62,577 nt of DNA from an archaeon (lineage in GTDB: Archaea; Nanobdellota; Nanobdellia; Pacearchaeales; UBA284), in the NCBI GenBank assembly GCA_030612665.1, contig JAUWNL010000001.1, positions 1 through 62,577 of the forward strand, given 5' to 3'. The translations under genes were made by a program, and so were the position numbers. Under the pieces are notes generated by a model that made no database searches, was not told where the DNA came from, and saw only the letters and a program-made list of their open reading frames with translations. Below, piece after piece: positions 42,743 to 52,203 of this stretch; within the stretch, counting starts at the first letter, position 1, and every line of letters starts with the position of its first letter.

Positions 42743-44062
42743 ATGATAAAAAATATCTACATCGAAACTTATGGTTGCTCAGCTAATCAAAACAATAGCG
42801 AGATTATTCAGGGACTTCTTGAAAAACAAGGTTTCATAATCGTTTCAAGACCTGAAATTGCTGATCTTGCAATAATTAATACTTGTATTGTTAAAGGACC
42901 AACAGAACATAAAATGATTTCAAGAATCAAAACTCTTTCTAGATTTCAATTTTTGATTGTTGTTGGTTGCATGGCAGATGTAAAGAGTGAAAAAATCAAA
43001 AAGATTGCAAAGCAATCTAATTTTAAGGTAAAACTCGCACTTGTTGGGACAAAACATATCCATGAAATTGCCAAGATTATCAAAAAATTAATAAAAGGGA
43101 AAGAATCTGAACTTATTTCCCAGAAAAAAGAAATAAAATTATGTCTTTTTAAGACTCCAAAGAGAAAGACAATTGGAATTACACAGATAAGTGAAGGTTG
43201 TCAAGGTAATTGTTCTTTTTGTATAGTAAGATTTGCAAAAGGCAAACTTTTTTCATATCCTCAAGATAAAATCATTAAAAATGTTAAACAAGACTTGATT
43301 TCTTGTAAAGAAATATGGCTCACAAGCCAAGATAACGCCTGTTACGGCCTTGATCTCATTCATGGAAAACATGAATTGCCAAAACTTTTGAAAAAAGTTC
43401 TTTCAATAAAGAAAAAATTCTTTGTGCGTCTTGGAATGATGAATCCTTCGAGTCTTTTACCAATAGTTGAGGAGATAATTGAATGTTATAAAGACAAAAA
43501 GATGTTCAAATTCCTTCATGTCCCAGTCCAATCTGGAAGCAACAATATACTTAGATTAATGAATCGTCCTTATTCTGTACAGGATTTTATTTATATTATT
43601 GAGAAATTCCGTAGAGAATTTCCAGACCTTGTCTTGAGTACAGATATCATTGTTGGATTTCCTGGAGAGACTAAAAAGGATTTTGAAAAAACATTCGAAC
43701 TTATAAAAAAAATCAGGCCTGATATCTTGAATATTTCAAAGTTCTGGCCAATGTCAGGCACACTTGCTTCTAAAATGAAACAAACCCCAATCAAAGAATG
43801 TAAAAAAAGAGCAACCAAATTCATGAAACTTCATAAAAAGATTGCTCTAGGAATTAATAAAAAATTTATTGATAAGAAATATCATATTTTAATAGATGAT
43901 TCTCAGGGGGATTCTTGGCTCAGCCATAATAAAAATTATAAATTAATTATTTTAAAAAAATCCAAGATAAAAAAAGAAAATCTCCTTGGCAAATTCATCG
44001 ACATAAAAATTACTAAAGCCATGCCACATTATTTAATTAGTGAAAGAGATAAAGAAAAATAA
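42743..44062 (+). CDS. MiaB-like radical-SAM tRNA methylthiotransferase, archaeal type
   Basis: N-terminal UPF0004 cysteines (YGCSANQ...NTCIV...GCM), radical-SAM CQGNCSFC, and a C-terminal TRAM-like domain. Confidence 0.85.
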   Translation: MIKNIYIETYGCSANQNNSEIIQGLLEKQGFIIVSRPEIADLAIINTCIVKGPTEHKMISRIKTLSRFQFLIVVGCMADVKSEKIKKIAKQSNFKVKLALVGTKHIHEIAKIIKKLIKGKESELISQKKEIKLCLFKTPKRKTIGITQISEGCQGNCSFCIVRFAKGKLFSYPQDKIIKNVKQDLISCKEIWLTSQDNACYGLDLIHGKHELPKLLKKVLSIKKKFFVRLGMMNPSSLLPIVEEIIECYKDKKMFKFLHVPVQSGSNNILRLMNRPYSVQDFIYIIEKFRREFPDLVLSTDIIVGFPGETKKDFEKTFELIKKIRPDILNISKFWPMSGTLASKMKQTPIKECKKRATKFMKLHKKIALGINKKFIDKKYHILIDDSQGDSWLSHNKNYKLIILKKSKIKKENLLGKFIDIKITKAMPHYLISERDKEK

Positions 44063-44150
44063 AAAAAGATAAATAGAAATATAAAAATAAAAAAACTAAT
44101 TTCTCTTTCCCTGCCCTTTTTTATTTCGAGTAACCTTTTTTACTTAACCT

Positions 44151-44972
44151 TTACTTAATCCTTACTTTGCTCAATGGTTTCATCTTCTGCCAAGCAAATT
44201 CGAAAAGTTGTTCTAAAGCCCCAGCAAAAAATTCTGTATTGACCCAGACACCAACATCATATGTTGGATGAACCTCTTCATCGTTAAGAACCATGAACAT
44301 CAATTCTTTCCCGTCAATAACAACAAATCTTGATTTGATAATATTTTCACTTCTCACTTCTGCAAATCTGTTTATCTCCTTAGCAATCTTTATATTCTTT
44401 GGTGTAATTGGCGCAGCAATTTTAATTTTAACTCCTCTTTTCTTTGCTTTTTCAATAGTTGGTTTTAAGGATTCAATCTTCCTATTAAGTCCATCTGCTG
44501 TTGTCACAATTGTCAAGGTTTTTTCTGCTCCACGAATCATCATATCAAGATGATTGTAAAGATTGTGTCTTCCTCTCAATGCTCCACTAAGATCAGTTGG
44601 TTCGATATATTTTACTCCCTGAGTAAATAATGTTGAAAGTTCATTGAGAACTTCTGTTCCTTTTAATTCATCAAGTCTCTTACTAGTTTGATGCGCATCG
44701 CGTGCAACATTTCTTTTAACTCGTTCAACAACTTCTGTTGGCTTTAAAGCAATGAATTTAATTGGTTTTCCAAGTTTCATTACAATAAATCCTTTTTTTT
44801 CAAGTGATTCAAGAATATCATACGTTCTGCTTCGTGGAACTCCACTGATATCACTAAGCTCACCAGCTGTACTAACTCCTCTTGAAAGTAAAGCAGCCCA
44901 AACCCTTACCTCATAAAGGTTCAAACCAAATATTTTCCTCAGCCTACTCAAAAATTCCTCTTTAACGATCAT
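44151..44972 (-). CDS. TrmB-family transcriptional regulator
   Basis: LNLYEVRVWAALLSRGVSTAGELSDISGVPRSRTYDILESLEKKGF. It is a clear paralogue of 20390..21184. Confidence 0.8.
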   Translation of the reverse strand: MIVKEEFLSRLRKIFGLNLYEVRVWAALLSRGVSTAGELSDISGVPRSRTYDILESLEKKGFIVMKLGKPIKFIALKPTEVVERVKRNVARDAHQTSKRLDELKGTEVLNELSTLFTQGVKYIEPTDLSGALRGRHNLYNHLDMMIRGAEKTLTIVTTADGLNRKIESLKPTIEKAKKRGVKIKIAAPITPKNIKIAKEINRFAEVRSENIIKSRFVVIDGKELMFMVLNDEEVHPTYDVGVWVNTEFFAGALEQLFEFAWQKMKPLSKVRIK

Positions 44973-45124
44973 TTTTAATTTTTATTTTTTTATGACTATA
45001 ACATAACAAACTTGATGATTTAAAGTTGAGACGGTATTTAAAGCTTTCTATGAAATATCAATAAAAAAGATATATTTTTCAAATTATATTTTATTTTTAC
45101 TTTTAAAATTTATCGTCGACAAAA

Positions 45125-48055
45125 TTATTTTTTGATATCAAAAAATATAAGTATTATTTTATTTTTTATTTTTTCTTCAAAAGTATATTTGCGTTTTTTT
45201 CTTAATTCCTTAGTAGATAACAGATTTAATTTTGCATTGGTTTTTTCCTCAATCAATTTTTCAAGTTTATATTTTTTTATTGATTTTATTAGATTATCAT
45301 CCTCTAAATATAATTCAAGTTCAATCTTGTCCTGTTTTTTGAGACCAGCTTTTCTTCTTGAAGCTTGAATTTTCCTGATAAATTCTCTAGTGTATCCTTC
45401 AGTTTCAAGTTCAGTTGTGAGTTTTGTATTGAGATCAACTTTTATCTCTTTTTTTCCATGTCCATGAGTCTTGATTTCAATTTTTTTGATATTAACATAA
45501 TCTTCAATTAAACTTATTATTTCTTTTCTTATTTTGTTTTCTTTATGCACATAAACTTTTGCTTTTGAAAGAGGCCATCTTATTCCTATTCCTTTTTCTG
45601 CCCTAATTGCAAGAATTTTTTCAATAACTTGTTTAACTGTCTCAAATTCTTTATCAAGATCTTTATTTATTTCCCTAGCATTGTATTTTGGCCAAAAACA
45701 AAGATGAATTGATTCTTCCTTTAGTTTAAATTCTTTTTTTAGTTCTTGATATATTGCTTCAGTTATAAAAGGACAAATTGGAGCAAAAAGCTTAATACAA
45801 TTCATGAGTGTATTATAAAGAGTCCAGATAACTGCTTTTTTTTGTTTTTTTGTTCCAAGAACAATCTTCTCCCGAATAAGTTGAACATAAAATCTTGAGA
45901 GTTCGAGATAAAGATTCTCAATTGAATCAATTGTCTCATCAATCCTATATTTATCAAATAATTCTGTAACTTTTTGTATTGTTAAATTGACTCGTGAAAG
46001 CATATATTCTTCTTCTGCTTCTAGGGAAGGTTTTTTTGTAATTGTGGGATTAAAATTATGGAGTTTTGCAAGTTCAATAAGATAATTTTTCAGATTCCAA
46101 AGAATTTGTATGTTTCTTTGTTTAATCTTCAAGTCTTCCCAATTAAAACTCATATTTTCTCCAGCACGCTGTTGGATCATATAATACCTAAAAACTCCAA
46201 TACCCACCTTATCAGCAACTTCATAAGGAGAAATAATATTATCCAGACTTTTTGACATTTTCATTCCATGCCAATCAAGAATCATTCCATGCATATAGAC
46301 TGCTTTATAACTATCTTTATTGAAAGCAATTAAAGAACATAGATTCAGCATATAGAACCATAATCTCACTTGCTCTGTTGCTTCTAAAATAAAATCTGCT
46401 GGGAACAATTTTAAATAATCTTTTTTGGCAGGATAATAAAGACAGTTCCATCCAGCAGTTCCAGAATCAATCCATACATCTAGAACATCTGGATCTCTAA
46501 TCATCTCCCCTTTTTTACATTTAGAACAATCCCACTTAACCTTGTCAATCCAGGGTTTATGTAATTCAGAAGGCACTTTTCCTGCCTTTTTTTTAAGTTC
46601 TTGTAATGAACCTATAACCTCAATATTCCCACATTTTTCATTGTCACATTTCCATAAAGGAAAAGGACATCCCCAATATCTTTGCCTAACAACACTATTA
46701 TCCTTCAAATTTTCTACCCATCTATCATAATTAACCTTGCCGAATTTAGGAACCCATAAAACTTTTTTGTTTTCTTTCAAGAGTTTTGGAATCAAATCTT
46801 TTGTTTTTAAGAACCATTGTTCTGTTGCTCTGAAAATAACGGGATTATGGCATCTCCAACAAGTAGGATAATCATGTTCAATTTCAGTAGTTTTAATTAA
46901 AGATCCTTTTTTCTTTAGTAATTCTCTAAATCTGTCATCATCTACTCTTGCAGTCATTCCAGAAAAAGAATTCATATTTTGAAACTTTCCAGATTCATCA
47001 AGTCTATTGAAAGTTGGCAGGTTATATTTATCACCTATTTCTTTATCTTCTGGACCACAACCAGGCGCACAATGCACAAGTCCAGAACCAGCAGTAGTTG
47101 TAACATATTGTTCACTTAATACTATTGTATGAACATTTTTATGTTTCTTTTTTAATTCCTCGTAAATATCTTTTATTTCATCAAGAGGAGGTTCATATTG
47201 CCAGCCCTCCATTTCCTGTCCTTTAAATTCACTAATAATCTTAAAATCTTTTTCAAAAAGTCCAGCAATAACAACATTTGCAAGAGCCTTAGCAAGCACC
47301 CATACTTCATCGCCTACCTGGGCTTTAACATAATCAAGTCCAGGATTTACCATAACAGCAAGATTAAATGGAATTGTCCAGGGGGTAGTTGTCCAGACTA
47401 TCAAATATTCATTTTTCTTATTTTTATCTTTAAGTTTAAACTTTAGAAAGATAGAATCATCTTTAAGATTTTTATATTCTAATTCATGTTTTGCTAACCC
47501 AGTCTCACAATGAGCACACCAATGGGTGATTTTCTTATCTCTATAAATTCTCTTTTGTTCCCATGCTTTTTTAATGAAAAACCATTCTCCCCCAATATAA
47601 TCATTAGCAAAAGTCATATAAGGATCATTAAAATCCATCCAAACACCAAGTTCCCATAAATCTTGAGACATTATCTTAGCATTATCATTGGCAAATTTTT
47701 TGCATGCTTTGATGAATTTATCCACCCCATATTTTTCAATATCCTCTTTATGTTTAAGTTTTAAATTCTCTTGAACTTTCCTAGAAATTGGGAGACCATG
47801 AACATCATAACCTGCTCTATCCCAAACATTAAATCCCTTCATTCGCTTAAATCTCATAATTGTATCTTTCAAACAATTATTCCAAGCTGTTCCAATATGG
47901 ATTCTTCCAGAAGTATATGGTGGCCCCTGGAGAAAGTAAAAATCCTTTCCTTTCTTATTTTTCTGCTTTACTTTCTCATAAATCTTGTTCTTCTTCCAAA
48001 ATTTCAATGTCTTTCCTTCTTGATCTTTTGCAAAATACATTTTAACAAATAGCAA
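45125..48055 (-). CDS. ileS: Isoleucine--tRNA ligase
   Basis: FWKKNKIYEKV...GPPYTSGRIHIGTAWNNCLKD (HIGH region), CP1 editing region, KMSKS (GMKMSKSLDN), and Zn-type CWRCH / CAHCE motifs. Confidence 0.9.
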   Translation of the reverse strand: MLFVKMYFAKDQEGKTLKFWKKNKIYEKVKQKNKKGKDFYFLQGPPYTSGRIHIGTAWNNCLKDTIMRFKRMKGFNVWDRAGYDVHGLPISRKVQENLKLKHKEDIEKYGVDKFIKACKKFANDNAKIMSQDLWELGVWMDFNDPYMTFANDYIGGEWFFIKKAWEQKRIYRDKKITHWCAHCETGLAKHELEYKNLKDDSIFLKFKLKDKNKKNEYLIVWTTTPWTIPFNLAVMVNPGLDYVKAQVGDEVWVLAKALANVVIAGLFEKDFKIISEFKGQEMEGWQYEPPLDEIKDIYEELKKKHKNVHTIVLSEQYVTTTAGSGLVHCAPGCGPEDKEIGDKYNLPTFNRLDESGKFQNMNSFSGMTARVDDDRFRELLKKKGSLIKTTEIEHDYPTCWRCHNPVIFRATEQWFLKTKDLIPKLLKENKKVLWVPKFGKVNYDRWVENLKDNSVVRQRYWGCPFPLWKCDNEKCGNIEVIGSLQELKKKAGKVPSELHKPWIDKVKWDCSKCKKGEMIRDPDVLDVWIDSGTAGWNCLYYPAKKDYLKLFPADFILEATEQVRLWFYMLNLCSLIAFNKDSYKAVYMHGMILDWHGMKMSKSLDNIISPYEVADKVGIGVFRYYMIQQRAGENMSFNWEDLKIKQRNIQILWNLKNYLIELAKLHNFNPTITKKPSLEAEEEYMLSRVNLTIQKVTELFDKYRIDETIDSIENLYLELSRFYVQLIREKIVLGTKKQKKAVIWTLYNTLMNCIKLFAPICPFITEAIYQELKKEFKLKEESIHLCFWPKYNAREINKDLDKEFETVKQVIEKILAIRAEKGIGIRWPLSKAKVYVHKENKIRKEIISLIEDYVNIKKIEIKTHGHGKKEIKVDLNTKLTTELETEGYTREFIRKIQASRRKAGLKKQDKIELELYLEDDNLIKSIKKYKLEKLIEEKTNAKLNLLSTKELRKKRKYTFEEKIKNKIILIFFDIKK

Positions 48056-48200
48056 ATAGCAATAATAAAAATAGAAAATTGAGATGCTATTTAAACTTTT
48101 TTAAACCACAAATAAAAATAATAAAAAGAAGTATAAAGGAAAAAGAAGGAAGAAGAAAAGAAATAAAGATAAAGAAAAAATAAAGAAAAATTATCATCAA

Positions 48201-48311
48201 TCACCAATCATCCTCGAGTTCTTCTTCTTCATCAACTTCATCACTATCTTTTGGTTCATAACTTGTTGATTCAAAATCAACTTGGTCTTCTTCATCAAAT
48301 TCATCAGGCAT
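48201..48311 (-). CDS. Possible 36-aa highly acidic micro-protein (MPDEFDEEDQVDFESTSYEPKDSDEVDEEEELEDDW)
   Basis: Not in the ORF track because it is under 60 aa. An ATG is preceded by GGAGGT with a 4-nt spacer. It lies between cmk and ileS on the same strand. Confidence 0.3.
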   Translation of the reverse strand: MPDEFDEEDQVDFESTSYEPKDSDEVDEEEELEDDW

Positions 48312-48407
48312 TTTACCTCCGATATACCTTTTTTTATTTTTTGAATATTATTTAAAACTATCTAATTTATATCTTAGATATTCTTTTTTAGGTTTTATTT
48401 ACCTTAT

Positions 48408-48980
48408 TTATTCTGAGCGTTTATCTTTTTGTACCTTTATATATTTTTCTACAGTTTTTTGTATGTTTTCTTTTGCTTCTGGAATCGTCATTTTAGTTGA
48501 ATCAAAGAGGATATCATAATTATCCAGATTAAAAATACCAACATGATAATATTTTTTATATCTTCTATCATCACTTTCAATTCTTTTCTTCAAAGCCCCA
48601 TAAGTTTCATCAACATTTTCATATTTTTCAGATTTACCTTGACGTTTAAAAATCCTCTTAGCGCTTTCTTTAAGATCAACATTAATAAAAATCTTAATTG
48701 ACTGTGGAATAAAATGAAAACCCATGCGTCCATCAATAATTATCCTTTCTTCTTTTGATTTTGATTTAGCAAGACTCACAATAAAATCATCTACTTCCTT
48801 GTCTGTAATTGGATTTTTTTCACCAAGTTTATTTAATTCATTAATATTCATTCCTTTTCTAACAGCCATTTCTCTTCTCAAATCCCCCATTCCATAATAC
48901 TTCAAATCAAAAACCTTTGCAAGATGTTTAGCAAGAGTTGTTTTTCCGCTTCCAGGCATTCCAGAAATAGTAATTATCAT
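48408..48980 (-). CDS. cmk: Cytidylate kinase, archaeal type
   Basis: MIITISGMPGSGKTTLAK P-loop, an IIDGR segment and a 190-aa length. The overall pattern is that of the archaeal CMP kinase family. Confidence 0.8.
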   Translation of the reverse strand: MIITISGMPGSGKTTLAKHLAKVFDLKYYGMGDLRREMAVRKGMNINELNKLGEKNPITDKEVDDFIVSLAKSKSKEERIIIDGRMGFHFIPQSIKIFINVDLKESAKRIFKRQGKSEKYENVDETYGALKKRIESDDRRYKKYYHVGIFNLDNYDILFDSTKMTIPEAKENIQKTVEKYIKVQKDKRSE

Positions 48981-49094
48981 ATTAAATTTTCAAAAAAAGA
49001 ACTATATATAACTTTCTCATATTTTTTGTTACTGTGTAATTACTACATACCGAAAGGTTTATAAATATCTGGCAATAATCTAAAAAGTAACAAA

Positions 49095-50309
49095 ATGAAT
49101 AAAAAAAATAATAATTTAATATCAAAAGTATTGTTACCTTTATTCTTAGTACCTACTTTATATTTCGCAAAACCTGGAGAAGTTAAAGGAGAAATAAAAG
49201 AATTTCCACAAACACAACAAATTAACGTAACAATAAATGAAAATGAGACAGAAAACATAACTATTCCTTTAACACTTAATATTTATAATCAGGGAGCAAC
49301 AAAAGCAGATTCAACTCCAGCTAAAGTTGATACAGTATACAAAATCATAAAAGAACCAGTACAACCCGCAGTAAAAGACTCAGCCTCAAGTATCTTAGAA
49401 TTAGAAGAAATGCCGGGTGTTTATAGTGAAAAAGAAGGTGTTGGAAGCCATACAATCAAAGAAACTCCAACTCCAATAGAAAAAACAAAAATAACAAAAC
49501 CAAAACAAAATCTAATTGGGTTAATCAATACTTATGATGAAATTCATCAAGGAATAGAATTTGGATTATTGCATTACAATAAAGACATTCTTGATGACAC
49601 AAATGCTGCTGTCCTTACATTAGGAATTAATGATAAAGTTTATTCTAATCCAATGTTTAACATAACTGGAAGCCTTGAAGGAAAAGCATTTAATTCAGAA
49701 AGTAGAAAAGGATTTCAATTTAATCCTGAAATCCAGGTATTTGGTAATACTTTTGGAACTGGATTTGGTTTCATTGTAAATTCAAAAGATGGAAAAGAAA
49801 TGCCAACTTATTTATATTTACTTGGAAAAGCAGGAATTGGAGGCAAAGACCTTGCTGCAGAGATAACAGCAAGAGGAGGCTCTTCATTAGATATGGATTT
49901 CAAATATTCTTTTGATGCTGCATTATTTTGTCAATTAAATCCAGATTGGAGAGTAAAGATACAAGGTGGAAAAGGAAATTTTAATGACTTGCTCAGAGGA
50001 AATGATGGTTATTTTGACATGACGGTATTAAATGGAAAAGAAAATGAAGTCCAATATGGACTTAATCTTGGAATTCAAACTCCGCTAGGAATTGAAGAAA
50101 TTTATAGGAAATCAGATGAAACAACTGTCGATGATATTTACAAGAATGTTGTTTTAAGTGCTGGTCCAAGAGTTTATATTCCGCTTGAACAAGAATTAAA
50201 AGATGTAAAGAAATACATTGAACTTGGTTTAGACCTCGGAGCTCAATTCAATGGCCAAAACAAAACCACAGTAGGTAAAATAGGCGGGCATATTAAAGCT
50301 AGATTTTAA
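49095..50309 (+). CDS. Secreted hypothetical protein with T/P/K-rich linker and beta-strand-rich, Gly/aromatic-rich C-terminal ~270 aa ending in Phe
   Basis: Signal peptide LISKVLLPLFLVPTLYFA. Alternating-polarity strands (YGLNLGIQT, YIELGLDLGAQF, GKIGGHIKARF-stop). Confidence 0.55.
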   Translation: MNKKNNNLISKVLLPLFLVPTLYFAKPGEVKGEIKEFPQTQQINVTINENETENITIPLTLNIYNQGATKADSTPAKVDTVYKIIKEPVQPAVKDSASSILELEEMPGVYSEKEGVGSHTIKETPTPIEKTKITKPKQNLIGLINTYDEIHQGIEFGLLHYNKDILDDTNAAVLTLGINDKVYSNPMFNITGSLEGKAFNSESRKGFQFNPEIQVFGNTFGTGFGFIVNSKDGKEMPTYLYLLGKAGIGGKDLAAEITARGGSSLDMDFKYSFDAALFCQLNPDWRVKIQGGKGNFNDLLRGNDGYFDMTVLNGKENEVQYGLNLGIQTPLGIEEIYRKSDETTVDDIYKNVVLSAGPRVYIPLEQELKDVKKYIELGLDLGAQFNGQNKTTVGKIGGHIKARF

Positions 50310-50406
50310 TTCTTCTTTTTAATTTTTAATTTCTTTTTAATTATAATTAATTTTAATTTAGAATCACTAAAAGATTTATATTCGTTTCAATTTTAATAGA
50401 TATATT

Positions 50407-50679
50407 ATGGAAATCATACTAATAATTATTGCTTTTCTTTATGCAAGCACAGGAATTATTGCAACAGTAGGATATATTCCAACAATAAGAGATTTAACAA
50501 AAAAGATAGCAAGTGCAAATATTAATTCATATATCATTTGGACATTTTGTAGTTGTATTACTTTCTTATACGCCCTATTAGTAATTTCTGATTTATTGTT
50601 GGAAATCGTTACAGGATTAAATTTTGCATCTTGTACAATAATCTTAATTTTAGCATTAAAATTGAAATATAAAAAATAA
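50407..50679 (+). CDS. 3-TM PQ-loop/SemiSWEET-like small membrane protein
   Basis: 90 aa with three helices. GYIPTIRDLTKK sits in the position of the PQ-loop motif. The C-terminus is basic. Confidence 0.45.
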   Translation: MEIILIIIAFLYASTGIIATVGYIPTIRDLTKKIASANINSYIIWTFCSCITFLYALLVISDLLLEIVTGLNFASCTIILILALKLKYKK

Positions 50680-50717
50680 TAGAACACTGATTCTAAACTT
50701 TTTGAGATTTTTTCTCT

Positions 50718-50834
50718 TTACTTAGCAGCCTGTCTTCGTTGTTTTCTTTTTCTTTTCTCTCGTTTGAGTCTTTTTCTCTGCCATTTCCATCTCATCTGCC
50801 TTTTCTTTTTCCAACGACGAGATGAACGCTTCAT
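50718..50834 (-). CDS. rpl41e: Possible ribosomal protein L41e-like arginine/lysine-rich peptide (38 aa)
   Basis: Not in the ORF track. MKRSSRRWKKKRQMRWKWQRKRLKREKRKRKQRRQAAK resembles eukaryotic/archaeal L41e ([20 protein letters not shown]). Its ATG lies 2 nt after the upstream stop. Confidence 0.4.
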   Translation of the reverse strand: MKRSSRRWKKKRQMRWKWQRKRLKREKRKRKQRRQAAK

Positions 50835-50836
50835 TT

Positions 50837-51073
50837 TTATTCCTTAATATAAATAGTAAAATAATATATTTTATCTTTATAATGTTTATTATTCTTCCAT
50901 TCTTTCATTTCTTTTTTAGTTCTTTTGTGAACATGAAGTATAAAGTTTTGTCCCTCATAAGATTTAATTTTTTCACTTACTCTTTCTAGATTTTTTACTG
51001 GTTCTCCTCTGTCAGGATGATATCCTATTTTTTCTAAAAGATTTCTAACCTTATCTATGGGATGTTTTTTCAT
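50837..51073 (-). CDS. Small (78 aa) hypothetical protein downstream of rpoL; paralogue of 11716..11904
   Basis: NLLEKIGYHPDRGEPVKNLERVSEKIKSYEGQNFILHV aligns with KLLEKLDFYDHEGGPVKDYSQIINRIKKYKNQRKSFVL. The start is 1 nt after the rpoL stop. Confidence 0.5.
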   Translation of the reverse strand: MKKHPIDKVRNLLEKIGYHPDRGEPVKNLERVSEKIKSYEGQNFILHVHKRTKKEMKEWKNNKHYKDKIYYFTIYIKE

Positions 51074-51074
51074 T

Positions 51075-51350
51075 TTACTTTAATTTCTTAAATTCAGAAA
51101 TAAGTTTAGCATTAATATTTTGAATCTTTTTTATTGTATCAAGAAGAACTTTCTTTGGACTCTTGCCTTTTGTCTTGAGCATTAGAATTGGGTTCTTTGA
51201 TGGATGCTCTCTCTGCCAAGCAGCAAGGGTTGTGGCAGGATCTTGCCAAAGATAAGTCCTAAGAAGCTCTGCAATAGTAAGATTATCTATTTCAATCTGC
51301 AATTCATCTTTACCTTTCTTAATTACTTTAATCATGAGAGTAATATTCAA
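51075..51350 (-). CDS. rpoL: RNA polymerase subunit L (Rpb11 homologue)
   Basis: DELQIEIDNLTIAELLRTYLWQD...LAAWQREHPSKNPILMLKTKGKSPKKVL follows the RpoL pattern. Confidence 0.75.
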   Translation of the reverse strand: MNITLMIKVIKKGKDELQIEIDNLTIAELLRTYLWQDPATTLAAWQREHPSKNPILMLKTKGKSPKKVLLDTIKKIQNINAKLISEFKKLK

Positions 51351-51407
51351 AAATGCTTTTTAAACTTTTTCAATTCTCAAATTCTCAATATTCTGCTTTA
51401 TCCAGCT

Positions 51408-52136
51408 TTATTCAGAATTATTATCAGACTTCTCGTCTTTTTCTTCTGGTTCTTTTGATTCTATTGGCTCTCTTGACTCTCCCGAGGTTTTTTCATAATC
51501 CCAAGGGTCAATTGGTTCTAAAGGTCTTGGAACTTCTATTTCTTGCTCAAGTTGCTCTTCTTCTCCAGTTCTCCTAACTTCCTGTATAAATTCATCTATC
51601 TCAAGTTCTGTTTGTTGTGCTTGTTCAAGTCTCGAGTCTATCTCTGTTTTAGGTTCGAGAATTAATTGTGGGGTATTTGAAACAGGAGAAATTTTCCTTT
51701 CCTGCCTTTCTTCATGGCTTTTCCTTTCCTGCATTCTCTTCAAGTCTGAAATAGTCGGAGTTGTAGTCTTTGTAGCCATGCCTATAGAACGAAAGTCTAG
51801 GATGGTTTTTGCTTCTTCAATCTCTCTTTTAATTAATTCTTGTTGTTCTTTTTGTTTATCTCTATCTAATTCTTCTTTTCTTCTCCTTAAAGTATCAAGA
51901 GTTACTTCTTTGGGTCCTTCTTGCCTTGCCTTACGCCAGGCTTTAACTCTTTCTTGTAACGGAGTATCACGAACAGCTCTATCCCATTGTTCAGTTGTAG
52001 GTTTCTTGATTATCACAGCACCATTCATTGCTGCACAAGTAGAACAAAGCTTAGTCATTCTACCTTCGTAGATAACATCATAAGAATTTGAAGAACCGCA
52101 CTCTTCGCACCCTTCTCCTTCATAATCCTCAACCAT
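51408..52136 (-). CDS. Hypothetical protein: N-terminal Zn-ribbon (CEECG...CSTC) plus E/Q/R-rich coiled-coil or disordered region
   Basis: Four Cys in a CxxC...CxxC arrangement at the N-terminus. The charged remainder is visibly less AT-rich than neighbouring genes. Confidence 0.5.
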   Translation of the reverse strand: MVEDYEGEGCEECGSSNSYDVIYEGRMTKLCSTCAAMNGAVIIKKPTTEQWDRAVRDTPLQERVKAWRKARQEGPKEVTLDTLRRRKEELDRDKQKEQQELIKREIEEAKTILDFRSIGMATKTTTPTISDLKRMQERKSHEERQERKISPVSNTPQLILEPKTEIDSRLEQAQQTELEIDEFIQEVRRTGEEEQLEQEIEVPRPLEPIDPWDYEKTSGESREPIESKEPEEKDEKSDNNSE

Positions 52137-52203
52137 AGCCCAACAAAGATTAATTGATATTTATTATTTTCGGTACTTTAACATTACTTTAATATAAATT
52201 TTT

